A stretch of 64,000 bases of DNA from Candidatus Sericytochromatia bacterium (GCA_035285125.1 JAYKHR010000060.1:1-64000), one strand, 5' to 3'. Counted from the first letter of the stretch, positions 11,812 through 22,185 are shown. A program made the numbers and translations. The notes: generated by a model not told the origin, from the sequence alone.

Positions 11812-14627
11812 TGGGGATGCTGTCGTCGCGCCTTCCCGCTTTCGTGCTGGCCGCTGTCCTCGCCGTGCCGCTGGCCGCGGCGGCCCACGCGGCCGAGGCT
11901 CCTCCCGGCGCGACCGTGGGCCACGCGAGTGCCGGGACGGTGCACGAGGTGCGCTTTGCCGGCGACACCACGGGCCTGGACGAGGAGGCCCTCCGGCGCC
12001 TGCTCTCGGTGCGCCCGGGCGGGCCATACGACGGCTACCTGCTGCGGGACAGCCTGGCGACGCTGTACCAGACGGGGCGGTTCGACGCGATCGACGTGCG
12101 CCTCAGCGAGACGGAGGCCGGGGTTGCCGACGTCACCTTCGACCTGAAGCGGGCGCGCGTGGTGACAGGCTGGAGCTTCTCCGGCTGTCAGGTCCTCCCT
12201 GAGGAGGCCCTCGAGCGCGTGCTGGAGCTGACGTGGGGGCAGCGCTTCGACCCCGACCAGTTCGCCCGCTGGGAGCGCCTCGTGCACGACAGGTATGCGC
12301 GCGAGGGCCTGCCGCACGCCTCGGTGGCCATCACGCCCGTCGCGCGGGATGCCGGTCGCGTGGAGCTGCGCTTCACGGTGCGCGAGGGCGCCCCCGTGCG
12401 CATCCGCAAGGTGCTCGTGACGACGGCGGGCGGCCTCGCAGAGGGCGAGGTCAGGCGCCTGCTCGACCTCTCGCGCGGGGAACGCCTCACGCGCGAGGGG
12501 CTTGCCGCGGCCGTCGAGCGACTCGAGTCGCGGCTCGGGGCCGAGGGCTGGGTCAACGGGCGGGTGCGCTGGGCGATCGTGCTGCCGGATGGCCGCCGGG
12601 AGCACAGCCACGCCGCGGCGATCGCGGAGGCGCCGGAGGCGGTCGACGTCGCCGTTGTGGTGCAGGAAGGCCGGCCCGCCACGGTCGAGGTCGACGGGGA
12701 CGTGTTGCTGCCCGAGGCAGAGCTGGCGAAGGCCATCACCATCTACGAGCGCCACTCCGTCAGCCCGTTCGAGCTCGACGCCAGCGCGGCGAGGATCCGG
12801 GATCTCTATGTCTCGCGCGGCTACCCGGAGGTCCGGGTGGCCGCCGAGATCGCGAAGCAGGACGGGGAGCGCTACCGGGTGCGCTTCCGGGTCCTGGCCG
12901 GGCCCCGGGTGCGCGTGCGGGCTGTCCGGTTCGAGGGCAACGAGGCCGCCGATGCCCCGACGCTGCAGCGCCTGATGACGCTGCGGGGTCCGGCGGGGCC
13001 GCTCGGCGAGGGCTCGCCCTTCGACCCCGCGGTCTGGGAGGAGGACCTCGCCGCCCTGCAGGCCTGGTATGTGGCCCAGGGCTACCAGCGGGCCCGGGTG
13101 GTCGGCGTGCGCCGCGACCGGGTGCCCGGGGGCACGGACGTGCAGCTCACGATCGTCCTGGAGGAGGGGCCGCGCACGGGCATCGGTCGCATCGAGTTTC
13201 CGGGTCTGCTGGAGCACCAGAAGGCCAGCGCGCTGCAGGCGATCGGGGTGAACCCGGGAGATGGCTACAACCCGGCCCGCACCGCGGAGTGGGTGGCGGC
13301 GCTGCAGGCCTACATGGCGCGCGAGGGCTTTCCGCTCGCCCGCGTGGCCGTCACGCTGGAGCCGGGGGCGCAGCCGGAGGACGCCACCCTGCGCGTGGCC
13401 GTCACGCCTGGGCCGCGGAAGATGCTCGGTCGTGTCGTCGTGCGGGGCAACCTCAAGACCCAGGACGCCGTCGTTCAGCGCCAGATCACCTTCCGGCCAG
13501 GGGACCAGTACAACGGGGACGAGCTCGTCGCCACCCAGCAGCGCATCTACCAGCTCGGCTTCTTCGACCGCGTCACCGTCGAGCCGATGCGGTCGATCAG
13601 CCCCGACCCTGCTGAGCCCATCGACCTGCTGGTCGTCCTGCACGAGCGAGAGACGGGCTGGGTGGGCGTCGGCGGCGGGTACGGCTCCCTGCAAGGCCCC
13701 CAGGCCAGCGCCGAGTTCCTGCAGAACAACATGTGGGGCTCGGGCCGGCCGCTGCGCGTGGAGGGAATGTTCAGCGTGCCGCGCACCACGCTGGCCGCCT
13801 CGCTGCGTGATCCCCACCTCTGGGCCCCCGGCCAGATCGGGGAGGTCGGCTTCACCTTCCTGCGCGAGCGGCGCCGGGAGGGGGAGCCGCTCTACCAGAC
13901 CTTCGGCCCCACCGTCGGCCTGTCACGGCCTCTGGGAGACACGTGGCTGGGCAGCCTGCGCTATGCCTGGGGTCAGACGACCTACCCCGCCCTGACGCCG
14001 GAGCAGGTCGAGGCCGCAGCCGCGCTGCCCGAGCGCATCAACAGCATCTTCACGGCGGGCCTGACGAACGACTCCCGCTCCGACGTGCTCAACCCCCGCT
14101 GGGGCAGCAAGCTGGACCTCGGGCTGGACCTGGCGACGCCGCTGCTCGGCGGGCGGCTGGTCTACGCCCGCCCACGCCTCACGGCCGCCACCTACTTCCC
14201 GCTGCCCCGCCGGGTGGTGCTGGCGTTCGGGGTAGAGGGCGGCTACGTGCTGCCCTTCGGGGGCACGGCGGCCCTGCCGACCGACTTGCTGTTCGTCACG
14301 GGCGGGGCGAGCACCCTCCGGGGCTACTTCAACAACGTCTTCCCGGCCGGGCAGCCCCAAGGGGGGCGGCTGATGGTCGTCTCGCACGCCGAGGCGCGCG
14401 TGCCCGTGTGGGGGGACGTGGGCCTCGTCGCCTTCTTCGATGCCGGCAACGTCTGGGAGGGGCCTCTCACGGTCTTCCGGGACGGCGTGCGGCTGACGGG
14501 GGGGCTCGGCCTGCGCTACAACGCCCCGGTGGGGCCCGCCCGCATCGACTACGGGGCCCGCCTGTGGCCGGACTTTCAGCCAGGCAACTGGGAGGGGCTG
14601 TACATGGGGCTCGGCCATGCGTTCTGA
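11808..14627 (+). CDS. Omp85-family outer-membrane assembly factor (BamA/TamA-like), multiple POTRA domains
   Basis: Signal peptide; POTRA repeats (LYQTGRF, YVSRGY, FEGN, YQLGFF); GGASTLRGY, FFDAGNVW, GLRYNAPVGPARIDYG; terminal LGHAF beta-signal. Confidence 0.92.
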   Translation: MMGMLSSRLPAFVLAAVLAVPLAAAAHAAEAPPGATVGHASAGTVHEVRFAGDTTGLDEEALRRLLSVRPGGPYDGYLLRDSLATLYQTGRFDAIDVRLSETEAGVADVTFDLKRARVVTGWSFSGCQVLPEEALERVLELTWGQRFDPDQFARWERLVHDRYAREGLPHASVAITPVARDAGRVELRFTVREGAPVRIRKVLVTTAGGLAEGEVRRLLDLSRGERLTREGLAAAVERLESRLGAEGWVNGRVRWAIVLPDGRREHSHAAAIAEAPEAVDVAVVVQEGRPATVEVDGDVLLPEAELAKAITIYERHSVSPFELDASAARIRDLYVSRGYPEVRVAAEIAKQDGERYRVRFRVLAGPRVRVRAVRFEGNEAADAPTLQRLMTLRGPAGPLGEGSPFDPAVWEEDLAALQAWYVAQGYQRARVVGVRRDRVPGGTDVQLTIVLEEGPRTGIGRIEFPGLLEHQKASALQAIGVNPGDGYNPARTAEWVAALQAYMAREGFPLARVAVTLEPGAQPEDATLRVAVTPGPRKMLGRVVVRGNLKTQDAVVQRQITFRPGDQYNGDELVATQQRIYQLGFFDRVTVEPMRSISPDPAEPIDLLVVLHERETGWVGVGGGYGSLQGPQASAEFLQNNMWGSGRPLRVEGMFSVPRTTLAASLRDPHLWAPGQIGEVGFTFLRERRREGEPLYQTFGPTVGLSRPLGDTWLGSLRYAWGQTTYPALTPEQVEAAAALPERINSIFTAGLTNDSRSDVLNPRWGSKLDLGLDLATPLLGGRLVYARPRLTAATYFPLPRRVVLAFGVEGGYVLPFGGTAALPTDLLFVTGGASTLRGYFNNVFPAGQPQGGRLMVVSHAEARVPVWGDVGLVAFFDAGNVWEGPLTVFRDGVRLTGGLGLRYNAPVGPARIDYGARLWPDFQPGNWEGLYMGLGHAF

Positions 14628-15201
14628 GGGTTGGGCCTGGGTGGTGCTGGTGAGCGTCCTGGCTGGGCCCGCGCAGGCGGCCTCGCCCGGGCCCTCGCCC
14701 GTGGTCGATGGGGTGGCGGCGGCCATCGGCTACGAGGTGGTGCCCCGGTCGCTGCTCGTCGCCTACAGGGGCGCCTTCTTGCCTCGGGCCGACGAGGGCG
14801 TGGCCCTGGCGGCCCTGATCGACGAGCGGTTGCTCGGGGCGGAGGCCCGCCGCTACGGGCTTGCACCGGACGAGCGGGCGGTGGCCCAGTTGCTCGCCCA
14901 GCAGCCCGTGCCACCCGGGTTCCAGGCGGAGGAGTGGCGCCAGGTGCTCACGGACCGCGTGCTCGCCGGCCAGTTGCTGGCCTTTCGCTTCGGGGACTAC
15001 GTCCCCATCGGCCGGGAGGCGATCGAGGCCTACCTCGTCGCCCACCCCCAGCCTGCCAGCGTCGGCCGCGAGGCCCGCGAGGCCTCGGCGCGAGCGGCCC
15101 TGCTCCCGGAGGCGCGCGCGCGTCGCGAGGCCGCCTTCAAGGCGGAGCTTCGGTCCCGGGCCGAGGTCCGCCTGATGGCCCCGCGCCCGTCACCGGAGTG
15201 A
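14617..15201 (+). CDS. SurA N-terminal-like periplasmic chaperone without PPIase domain
   Basis: Signal peptide, VVDGVAAAIG, LIDERLLGAEARRYGL, C-terminal LRSRAEVR; overlaps the Omp85 gene. Confidence 0.6.
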   Translation: MRSEGWAWVVLVSVLAGPAQAASPGPSPVVDGVAAAIGYEVVPRSLLVAYRGAFLPRADEGVALAALIDERLLGAEARRYGLAPDERAVAQLLAQQPVPPGFQAEEWRQVLTDRVLAGQLLAFRFGDYVPIGREAIEAYLVAHPQPASVGREAREASARAALLPEARARREAAFKAELRSRAEVRLMAPRPSPE

Positions 15202-15291
15202 TGGGGGCGGGTCTGCTAAGATGGGCGCGGTCCGCGGCCGGCCCCGGTCGTCGTCGCGGGGACGATTCCTGTGGAGGTCTCGACACGTAAC

Positions 15292-15570
15292 ATGTACGCC
15301 GCTGAACTGCATCGCACCGACGTCCTCAACCTGCTGGGTCGCCTGGTGAACCTGCGCAGGCACGGCCTGATGGCCGACGACATCCCGGTCCAGTTCCTGC
15401 AGGACCGCATTGCCGTGCTGTTGCCGGCCGCGGAATTTCCCCCCGCCCGCCAGGTGCGCCTCAACGGCCAGTTCCAGTGCCTGCTGACTGAGCGAGGCGG
15501 CCACGGCTACCTGGACTTTGTCGACGACTGGCGCGGCGCCGAGTCGCTGCTGGACGCCGGGTTCCACTGA
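15292..15570 (+). CDS. Small hypothetical protein
   Basis: 92-aa ORF with genome-like codon usage; TGCTAAGAT extended -10 at 15214-15222. Confidence 0.65.
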   Translation: MYAAELHRTDVLNLLGRLVNLRRHGLMADDIPVQFLQDRIAVLLPAAEFPPARQVRLNGQFQCLLTERGGHGYLDFVDDWRGAESLLDAGFH

Positions 15571-15591
15571 CCCGGGGCCCCGGGCCCGGGT

Positions 15592-18500
15592 ATGAAGGGA
15601 GCGATGACGGACTCGCTGACCCCGCGCTTCGACCTCCAGACTCTCCTGGGCGAGGGGGGCATGGGGCAGGTTTGGCGGGCGATCGACCGGGTGACGGGCC
15701 ACATCGTCGCCCTCAAGCGGTCGGCGGCGCGGGAGGCCGAGGCCGACGCGCTGCGCGGCGAGTTCTGGTGGCTGCGCAGGCTGCAGGGCGAGCACCTCGT
15801 GCAGGCCCACGATTTCGGCCTCGATGCCGATGGCTGGCCCTGGTACTCGATGGAGCTGCTCGACGGTGGCGCGGCGGAGGCCCTCCCGCTTCCCCCGGAG
15901 GAGGCGCTCGATCTGGCGCGCCATGCCTGTCGGGCCCTGCGTCGCCTGCACGCCGAGGGCCTGGTGCACGGCGACGTGTCGCGGAGGAACGTGCGGCGGG
16001 GCGCGGACGGTGCCTGGCGCCTGATGGACCTCGGGCTGCTCTCGCCCGTCGGGCAGCGGGGGGCCGTCCGCGGCACGCCCGACTACATGGCCCCGGAGGT
16101 GATTCAGGGGGCCCCACTCGACGGCCGCGCCGACCTCTACGCGCTCGGGGCCGTCCTGCACCACCTGCTCACGGGGGTGCCGCCGTTCCAGGTGGGGACG
16201 ACGGCCGCGCTCCTGCGGGCCCACCTCGAGGATCCCCCGCCGCGGCCCTCTGCCCGACGGCCCGGCCTGCCGCCGCTCTGGGACCGGCTGCTGCCGCGGC
16301 TGCTGGCGAAGGCCCCGGGGCAGCGGCCAGCCTCGGTGGCCGAGGTGCTCGCCGAGCTTGGGGACCCTGTGGAGCCAGGCCCGGCGCCGCTGCTCACGGC
16401 GCCGTTCGTGGGGCGCGAGGGGGAGCTCGCCTGGTTCGATGACGCGCTCGGTGGGCTGTCGCTCGGGCGCACGGGGGCAGCCTGGCGGTTGGAGGGCCAG
16501 CCCGGCGTCGGCAAGAGCCGGCTCCTCGACGTCTTCGCCGCGCGGGCGCAGCTCGCGGCCACGCGCGTCTTGCGGGCGGGCTGCCGGGGCGCCGGCGCCC
16601 CGTACCACCCCTTCGTGGGCCTGCTGCACCAAGCCTGGCCCTGGCTGGAGGCCGAGGAACCACGGCTCCTGGAGGGCCACGCCGCGGCGCTCTCGCTGCT
16701 GGTGCCGGAGCTGGTGCAGGCGCCGTCGCGCCACGCGTTGGAGCCCAGAGCCGCCCAGCTTCGGGCCGTCACGGCGCTGGTGGAGCTGCTGGTGGCCCTG
16801 GTGCAGCGGGGAGGCCTCGTGGTACTCCTCGACGACTGGCACCTGGCGGACGGGCCCTCGCGCGAGGTCCTGGCTGCGTTGCTGCGTCACGTCCAGGGGG
16901 AGGCGATGCTGCTCGTGGTCGCCACCGACGCGGATGGCGCGGAGGCGGTGCTGCCGGGGCTGCCTGGCCTGCGCTTGCAGCCGCTCGGCCGGCGGGAGGT
17001 GGCGCGGCTGGCCGGCGCAGTCTTCGGCGGGGCCCACGTGCCAGGGCCCTTCGTCGAGCAGCTGGCGGAGCTCTCGGGCGGGGTGCCCCAGCGCGTCGAC
17101 GCGCTGCTGACCCACTGGGCGGCCGCGGGCGTCATCCCTCAGGTGGAGGGGCGCTGGGTGCTGGACGTGCTGCCTTCCGAGGTGGTGGCCGGCGTCCAGG
17201 CCGCGACGCTCGACGGGCGGCTGGCGAGCCTCGGGGACGCCGAGCGCACCTTGCTGGCCCGGCTGGCCGTCGCCCGAGCGCCCGTGGCTCCGGCCACCTT
17301 GGCGGGGCTCACGGCCGACCTGCCTGACGCCGCCCGATTCGAGGCCCTGGCCACGCTCGAGCGGGCCCGCCTGGTGGGACGCCTCGAGGCCGGGTTCGCG
17401 GTGGTGCAGCGTCATCTGACGGAGGCCTGGCTGGCGAGCCTGCCTCCCCAGGCGCGGCTGCACGCCCACCGGCGATGGGCCGAGGCGCTGGTCGAGCTCC
17501 ATCCCAAGCTGCCGGCGCTGGCGAGGGAGCAGGCGCTGCGGCCGGAGTTCTCATCGCTCGACGGCGGCGCGCTGAGCGGCGAGGTGCTGGTGGAGCTCGC
17601 CGGGCACCTCGTGGCCCTCGGCGGGGAGGCCGACGCCGCCGAGCGGGTGCCCGTCGTCCTGGCGGCGGCGCGCCACCTGGCGGGCCTGTACGACCTCGCC
17701 GCCGCTGCCGAGCTTGCCGGGCACGCCCTGGCGTGGCTGCGGCAGGGCGACGCGGGCGCCTCCTGGCCGGTCGTGGGGCTGCCCGTCTGGCGTTGCGCGG
17801 CCGCCGTGCTGCTGGCCGACGTGGCGAGGTTTCAGGGCGAGCTGGCCGTCGCCGGGCGGACCTACGAGGAGGCGCTGGCAACGCCAGAGGCCGTGGAGGC
17901 TTTGCCCCTGCGCGTGCGGGGCCTGATCGGCCTCGCCCTGGTGGCGCAGTCCGAGGGGCAGCACGTGCGGGCCCTCGGGCACCTGCGGGAGGCCCTGCCC
18001 CTGGCGCGGGGGCTGGCCGAGGCGCGGGAGGAGCTGCGCTGCCTGGCGGCGATGGGGCGGCTGCACTACCAGCTCGGCGAGCGGACGCGGGCCGCGCTGG
18101 TCTACGAGGAGGCGCTGGCCCGGGCCGAGGCCGTCGACGACGCGGTCTACATGGGGGAAAGCCTGGCGTTCCTGGGCTACCTCGACGTGTCGGAGGAGGC
18201 CTCCGAGGCCGGTCCCCCGCCCACGGAGCGCGGCGTCGCGAGGCTGCGCGAGGCAATCGACCTCCAGGGCCTGGTCGGGGACCCTCTTGGCCTCAACGAC
18301 AGCCACATGCTCCTCGGAAACGCGTTGTACCACCTCGGCGACCTGCCTGGGGCCGCGCATGCCTTCGGCCGAAACCGGACGCTCTGCCGGGAGCTGGGCT
18401 TCTTCGAGGAGGCCACGGCCTGCCTGAACCTGGCCCTGGTGGCCCTGGCACGTGGCGAGCTGGCCGAGGCCTTCGACCTGGCCCACGTCGCCCAGGGGAT

Positions 18501-20934
18501 GGCCCGGGAGCGTGCCGACGCCTTCATCGAGGACCTGGCGCTGGCCCTGGAGGCCCGCGTGTGGGTCGCGCTCGGCAGCCCGGGTCGGGGCTGGCGCATG
18601 GCCGAAGTGACCCTCCAGCGGCGGATCGAGGCCGAAGATGACTACGGGCAGCTGTTCGCGGGCCTCGCCGTGGTCGAGGCCGCCCTGGAGCTGGGCCTCG
18701 ATGCGGAGGCCGAGGGCATGGCGCTCGAGTTGCTCGCCACGCAGGCCCACAGCGGCCTCACCGAGTTCTCGCTCCCCCTGGCGTGGGGCACGGGTCGCCT
18801 GGCGGCCCGCCGGCAGCAGCTCGAGGTGGCGCGCGTGAAGCTCGAGGAGGCGCTCGCGCGCGCCTCCCAGCGGGGGGCTGCCTGGTGGGTGGCCCAGCTT
18901 TGCCTGTCGCTGGGGGAGCTTCGGCTGGAGGCCGGCGACGCCGACGAGGCCCGACCGTGGCTGGCGCGCGCCGAGGAGGCCGCCCGCGCGTGTGAAGCCC
19001 GGGCACTCCTGCTGCAGGCGCTGTTCTTCATGGCCCGGCTCGAGAGGCTGGGCGGGCAGGCCATGGAGGCGGACAGGCTGTTGCAGCACGCGCAGGAGCT
19101 GGCGACGCCTCTCGGGATGCGCCTCTGGCAAGCCCGCATCGCCCACGAGCGTTCGCTGGCGCAGTTCCCGAGCCCGCGGGCGGGACGCTGGGTGCGCGAG
19201 GCGCGGGGTTTGCTCCAGCCGCTCGTGGACGAGCTGGAGCCTGCGCTGCGTCCGGCCTTCCTCGCGCTGGACGGGCGCGCCGCGATGCTGGGCGGCGGCT
19301 TCCAGGACGAGCCCGGCGGTGGGCCCGGCCCTGAGGCCCGGCCGGCTGGGCCCGGCGCCATCGAGCTGGAGGGGCCGCAGCCCGCGGCCGTTTCGCAGCT
19401 TCGGACCGAGCTGGACCGGCAGCGGCGCTGGTTCGGCGAGCTGCAGCGAACGGCCGAGCGCCTGCAAACGCAGCTGGACTTCGCGCAGGCCTTGCAGGCC
19501 CTGGACGGCGAGGAGGCCATCATCCAGGCCGCGCTGGAGCTCGTGCTGGACGTTGTGGGAGCTTCTCGCGCGGACTTCCTGGCCTTCGAGGGGCTCCGTC
19601 TCGTGGCGCGCGCCAGCCGCGTCTCGCCGCACCTGCCGCCCGTCGACGAGGACTGGACCTTCCACGCCGAGCGCGTCGTCGAGGCCTCACACGCGGGCAC
19701 TGTCTGGTACGCCCCGGTCCACGAGGACCCCGTGGTCGGGCGCCGGGCGGTGCTGGCGCTGCCGCTGGGGGATGCCCGGGAACGCTGGGGGCTGGTGCTC
19801 GCCCTGGGCCACCCCGACGCCGCGCCCCCGCTCGAGCCCGGGGACCTCGACTCGTTGCGGCTGCTGGCTGGGACCCTGCTCGCGGCGCTGCGCCGCAGCC
19901 GGCTCGAGGCCGAGTGGCGGGCCAAGACCCACCGGTTGGAGATGCTGTATCGGCTGGCCTCCAAGGTGACCTCGACGCTGGTGATGGAGGAGGTGCTCGA
20001 CCTCGTGCTCCAGCTCTCGCTGGAGGTGACGCAGGCCGAACGGGGCTGCGTCTTCCTCGTGGATGAGGCGGGCGCCCTGCGCGGGGAGGCGGCGGCCACG
20101 CGCGACGCCGAGGGTGCCGCCGGCCTGACGAACGGTTCCTTCAGCCAGAGCATCCTGCGACGGGTGCACGAGGGCGGCGAGGCCCTGTGGGTCGAGGACA
20201 CCCAGGATGACGCCGAGTTCCGGCACCAGCAGAGCATCCAGGACCTCAACCTGCGCAGCGTGCTCGCCGTGCCCCTCGCCATCCACCAGCGGGTCATCGG
20301 CGTGCTGTACGTCGACAGCCGCGTCGTGGTCAGGGCGTTCACCGCGCTGGAGCTCGACACGCTGCGGGCGATCGCGAGCCACGCCGCCGTCGCCCTCGAG
20401 AACGCTCGCCTCTACGAGCTGGCCACGGTCGATCGCCTCACGCGGCTCTACTTCCGATCGCACTTCGAGCGGCGCCTGCGCGAGGAGCTGCGGCGCCTTG
20501 ACCGGGCAGAGGGCACCCTCGCGCTGCTGATGATGGACATCGACCACTTCAAGCGCTTCAACGACACCTACGGCCACGCCGTCGGCGATCAGGTGCTGGC
20601 CCACGTGGCCGGCCTCATCCGGGCCAACGTGCGCCAGGACATCGATGTTCCTTGCCGGTACGGTGGCGAGGAGATGGTCGTGCTGCTGCCGGACACCGAC
20701 GCCAACGGCGCCGCGGTGTTCGCGGAGCGCGTGCGCCGGGCCATCGACGAGACGCCACTCGGCTCGGACGCCCACGGCCCGCTCCACGTGACGATCTCGA
20801 TCGGCACCGCCACCGCGCCGGCGGACGCCCGGGACGGCCTGTCGCTGATGGAGCTGGCGGACCGCGCACTTTACGCCAGCAAGCGCGGGGGGCGCAACCG
20901 CGTCACGGCCTGGGTGGAGGGCACCGGGGCGTGA
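15592..20934 (+). CDS. Ser/Thr kinase - STAND/AAA ATPase - TPR - GAF - GGDEF diguanylate cyclase fusion
   Basis: LGEGGMGQVW, VALK, HGDVSRRN, DLG, GTPDYMAPE; FVGREGEL, Walker A GQPGVGKS, Walker B VVLLDD; helical repeats; GAF (LRSVLAVPL..IGVLYVDS); DRLTRLY, DIDHFKRFNDTYGH..GD, RYGGEE, ADRALYASKRGGRNR. Confidence 0.93.
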   Translation: MKGAMTDSLTPRFDLQTLLGEGGMGQVWRAIDRVTGHIVALKRSAAREAEADALRGEFWWLRRLQGEHLVQAHDFGLDADGWPWYSMELLDGGAAEALPLPPEEALDLARHACRALRRLHAEGLVHGDVSRRNVRRGADGAWRLMDLGLLSPVGQRGAVRGTPDYMAPEVIQGAPLDGRADLYALGAVLHHLLTGVPPFQVGTTAALLRAHLEDPPPRPSARRPGLPPLWDRLLPRLLAKAPGQRPASVAEVLAELGDPVEPGPAPLLTAPFVGREGELAWFDDALGGLSLGRTGAAWRLEGQPGVGKSRLLDVFAARAQLAATRVLRAGCRGAGAPYHPFVGLLHQAWPWLEAEEPRLLEGHAAALSLLVPELVQAPSRHALEPRAAQLRAVTALVELLVALVQRGGLVVLLDDWHLADGPSREVLAALLRHVQGEAMLLVVATDADGAEAVLPGLPGLRLQPLGRREVARLAGAVFGGAHVPGPFVEQLAELSGGVPQRVDALLTHWAAAGVIPQVEGRWVLDVLPSEVVAGVQAATLDGRLASLGDAERTLLARLAVARAPVAPATLAGLTADLPDAARFEALATLERARLVGRLEAGFAVVQRHLTEAWLASLPPQARLHAHRRWAEALVELHPKLPALAREQALRPEFSSLDGGALSGEVLVELAGHLVALGGEADAAERVPVVLAAARHLAGLYDLAAAAELAGHALAWLRQGDAGASWPVVGLPVWRCAAAVLLADVARFQGELAVAGRTYEEALATPEAVEALPLRVRGLIGLALVAQSEGQHVRALGHLREALPLARGLAEAREELRCLAAMGRLHYQLGERTRAALVYEEALARAEAVDDAVYMGESLAFLGYLDVSEEASEAGPPPTERGVARLREAIDLQGLVGDPLGLNDSHMLLGNALYHLGDLPGAAHAFGRNRTLCRELGFFEEATACLNLALVALARGELAEAFDLAHVAQGMARERADAFIEDLALALEARVWVALGSPGRGWRMAEVTLQRRIEAEDDYGQLFAGLAVVEAALELGLDAEAEGMALELLATQAHSGLTEFSLPLAWGTGRLAARRQQLEVARVKLEEALARASQRGAAWWVAQLCLSLGELRLEAGDADEARPWLARAEEAARACEARALLLQALFFMARLERLGGQAMEADRLLQHAQELATPLGMRLWQARIAHERSLAQFPSPRAGRWVREARGLLQPLVDELEPALRPAFLALDGRAAMLGGGFQDEPGGGPGPEARPAGPGAIELEGPQPAAVSQLRTELDRQRRWFGELQRTAERLQTQLDFAQALQALDGEEAIIQAALELVLDVVGASRADFLAFEGLRLVARASRVSPHLPPVDEDWTFHAERVVEASHAGTVWYAPVHEDPVVGRRAVLALPLGDARERWGLVLALGHPDAAPPLEPGDLDSLRLLAGTLLAALRRSRLEAEWRAKTHRLEMLYRLASKVTSTLVMEEVLDLVLQLSLEVTQAERGCVFLVDEAGALRGEAAATRDAEGAAGLTNGSFSQSILRRVHEGGEALWVEDTQDDAEFRHQQSIQDLNLRSVLAVPLAIHQRVIGVLYVDSRVVVRAFTALELDTLRAIASHAAVALENARLYELATVDRLTRLYFRSHFERRLREELRRLDRAEGTLALLMMDIDHFKRFNDTYGHAVGDQVLAHVAGLIRANVRQDIDVPCRYGGEEMVVLLPDTDANGAAVFAERVRRAIDETPLGSDAHGPLHVTISIGTATAPADARDGLSLMELADRALYASKRGGRNRVTAWVEGTGA

Positions 20935-20955
20935 GGCTTGCCGCGGGAGGTCCGC

Positions 20956-22176
20956 ATGCTGGCTGAGCACCTGCGGCTGGCCCTGGCCCAGCTGGCGGCC
21001 CACAAACTGCGCTCGGCGCTCACGCTCTTGTCTATCACCATCGGCGCCGCCAGCATCGTCGCGATGACGTCGCTGGCCCAGTCGGGGCTCGCCACGCTCG
21101 TCCGGGGCGTGGAGGAGCTCGGGGGCACGCGGTTTGTCATGGTGATGTCCGAGCGCCCCCGGCTCGCCTGGCGCAAGCAGGACCACTGGGTGCGGGGCCT
21201 CACGGTGGGGGACCGGGACGCCATTCGGGCTGCCCTGCCCGACGCGACCTCGCTGCTGGCCACGACCCACTTCTACTCTGTGCCCGTGGCCGCAGCGGGC
21301 CGACCGGCAGCGGCCGTGAGCGTGCTGGCCACCGAGCCCGCCTACTTTGCGGCCTACAGGCTGCGCCTCGGCGCCGGCCGGGCGTTGACGGAGGCGGACA
21401 TGGCCAGCCGGGCCCGTGTGGTGGTGCTGGGTGACGGGCTGCGGGCCAGGCTGTTCCCCGAGGGGGGGGCGATCGGGCAGGAGGTCCACGTGCGGGGCCA
21501 GCGGCTGCGCGTCGTGGGCGTACTCGCGCCGAACCAGAAGGGCGACTCGATCAACCTCGGCTACGACTGGGAGAAGGTGGCCGTGATGCCCCTGACGGCC
21601 CCCGGGGTCGGGAGCCGGCTCGAGCGCATCAGCCTGTGCGTACGCCGCACCGAGGACGGGGAGCGCACGGTGCGCGTCATCAACAGCGTGCTGCTCCACC
21701 GCCACCACGGCGTGGACGACTTCCAGATTTTCGACTTCGGGGGCCTCCTGAAGAATTTCTACCTGGCCTTCACGGCCATGAAGCTGCTCGTCGCCGCCAT
21801 CGCCTCCATCGCCCTGCTCGTCGGGGGCATCGGGATCATGAACATCATGCTGGTGGCCGTGCGGGAGCGGCGGCGGGAGATCGGCCTGCGGCTCGCCATC
21901 GGCGCCTCTCGCCGCCACGTGCGCGAGCAGTTCCTGGTGGAGGCCGTGCTGCTGACCTCGCTCGGCGCGGGGGCTGGCGTGGTGCTGGGCGTGGGCGTGG
22001 CGCTCGGGGGCTCGTACGCGATCCACGCGGCGAACCCGGCCTGGATCACGATCATCTCGCCAGGGGCGGCCCTGCTGGCCCTGGTTGCTTCGCTTGCGAT
22101 CGGGGTGGCCTTCGGCTGGTACCCGGCGGCCCGCGCGGCGGCGGAGGATCCCATCCGCTGCCTGCGGCAGGACTGA
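20956..22176 (+). CDS. MacB/FtsX-type ABC transporter permease
   Basis: HKLRSALTLLSITIG; VGGIGIMNIMLVAVRERRREIGLRLAIGA; FGWYPAARAA; RBS GGGAGG. Confidence 0.92.
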   Translation: MLAEHLRLALAQLAAHKLRSALTLLSITIGAASIVAMTSLAQSGLATLVRGVEELGGTRFVMVMSERPRLAWRKQDHWVRGLTVGDRDAIRAALPDATSLLATTHFYSVPVAAAGRPAAAVSVLATEPAYFAAYRLRLGAGRALTEADMASRARVVVLGDGLRARLFPEGGAIGQEVHVRGQRLRVVGVLAPNQKGDSINLGYDWEKVAVMPLTAPGVGSRLERISLCVRRTEDGERTVRVINSVLLHRHHGVDDFQIFDFGGLLKNFYLAFTAMKLLVAAIASIALLVGGIGIMNIMLVAVRERRREIGLRLAIGASRRHVREQFLVEAVLLTSLGAGAGVVLGVGVALGGSYAIHAANPAWITIISPGAALLALVASLAIGVAFGWYPAARAAAEDPIRCLRQD

Positions 22177-22185
22177 GGTGCCGCC

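Noticed and set aside
15592..20934. Avs-type antiphage system
   Set aside because: The output is GGDEF rather than a nuclease, SIR2 or TIR domain, and there is no defence-island context
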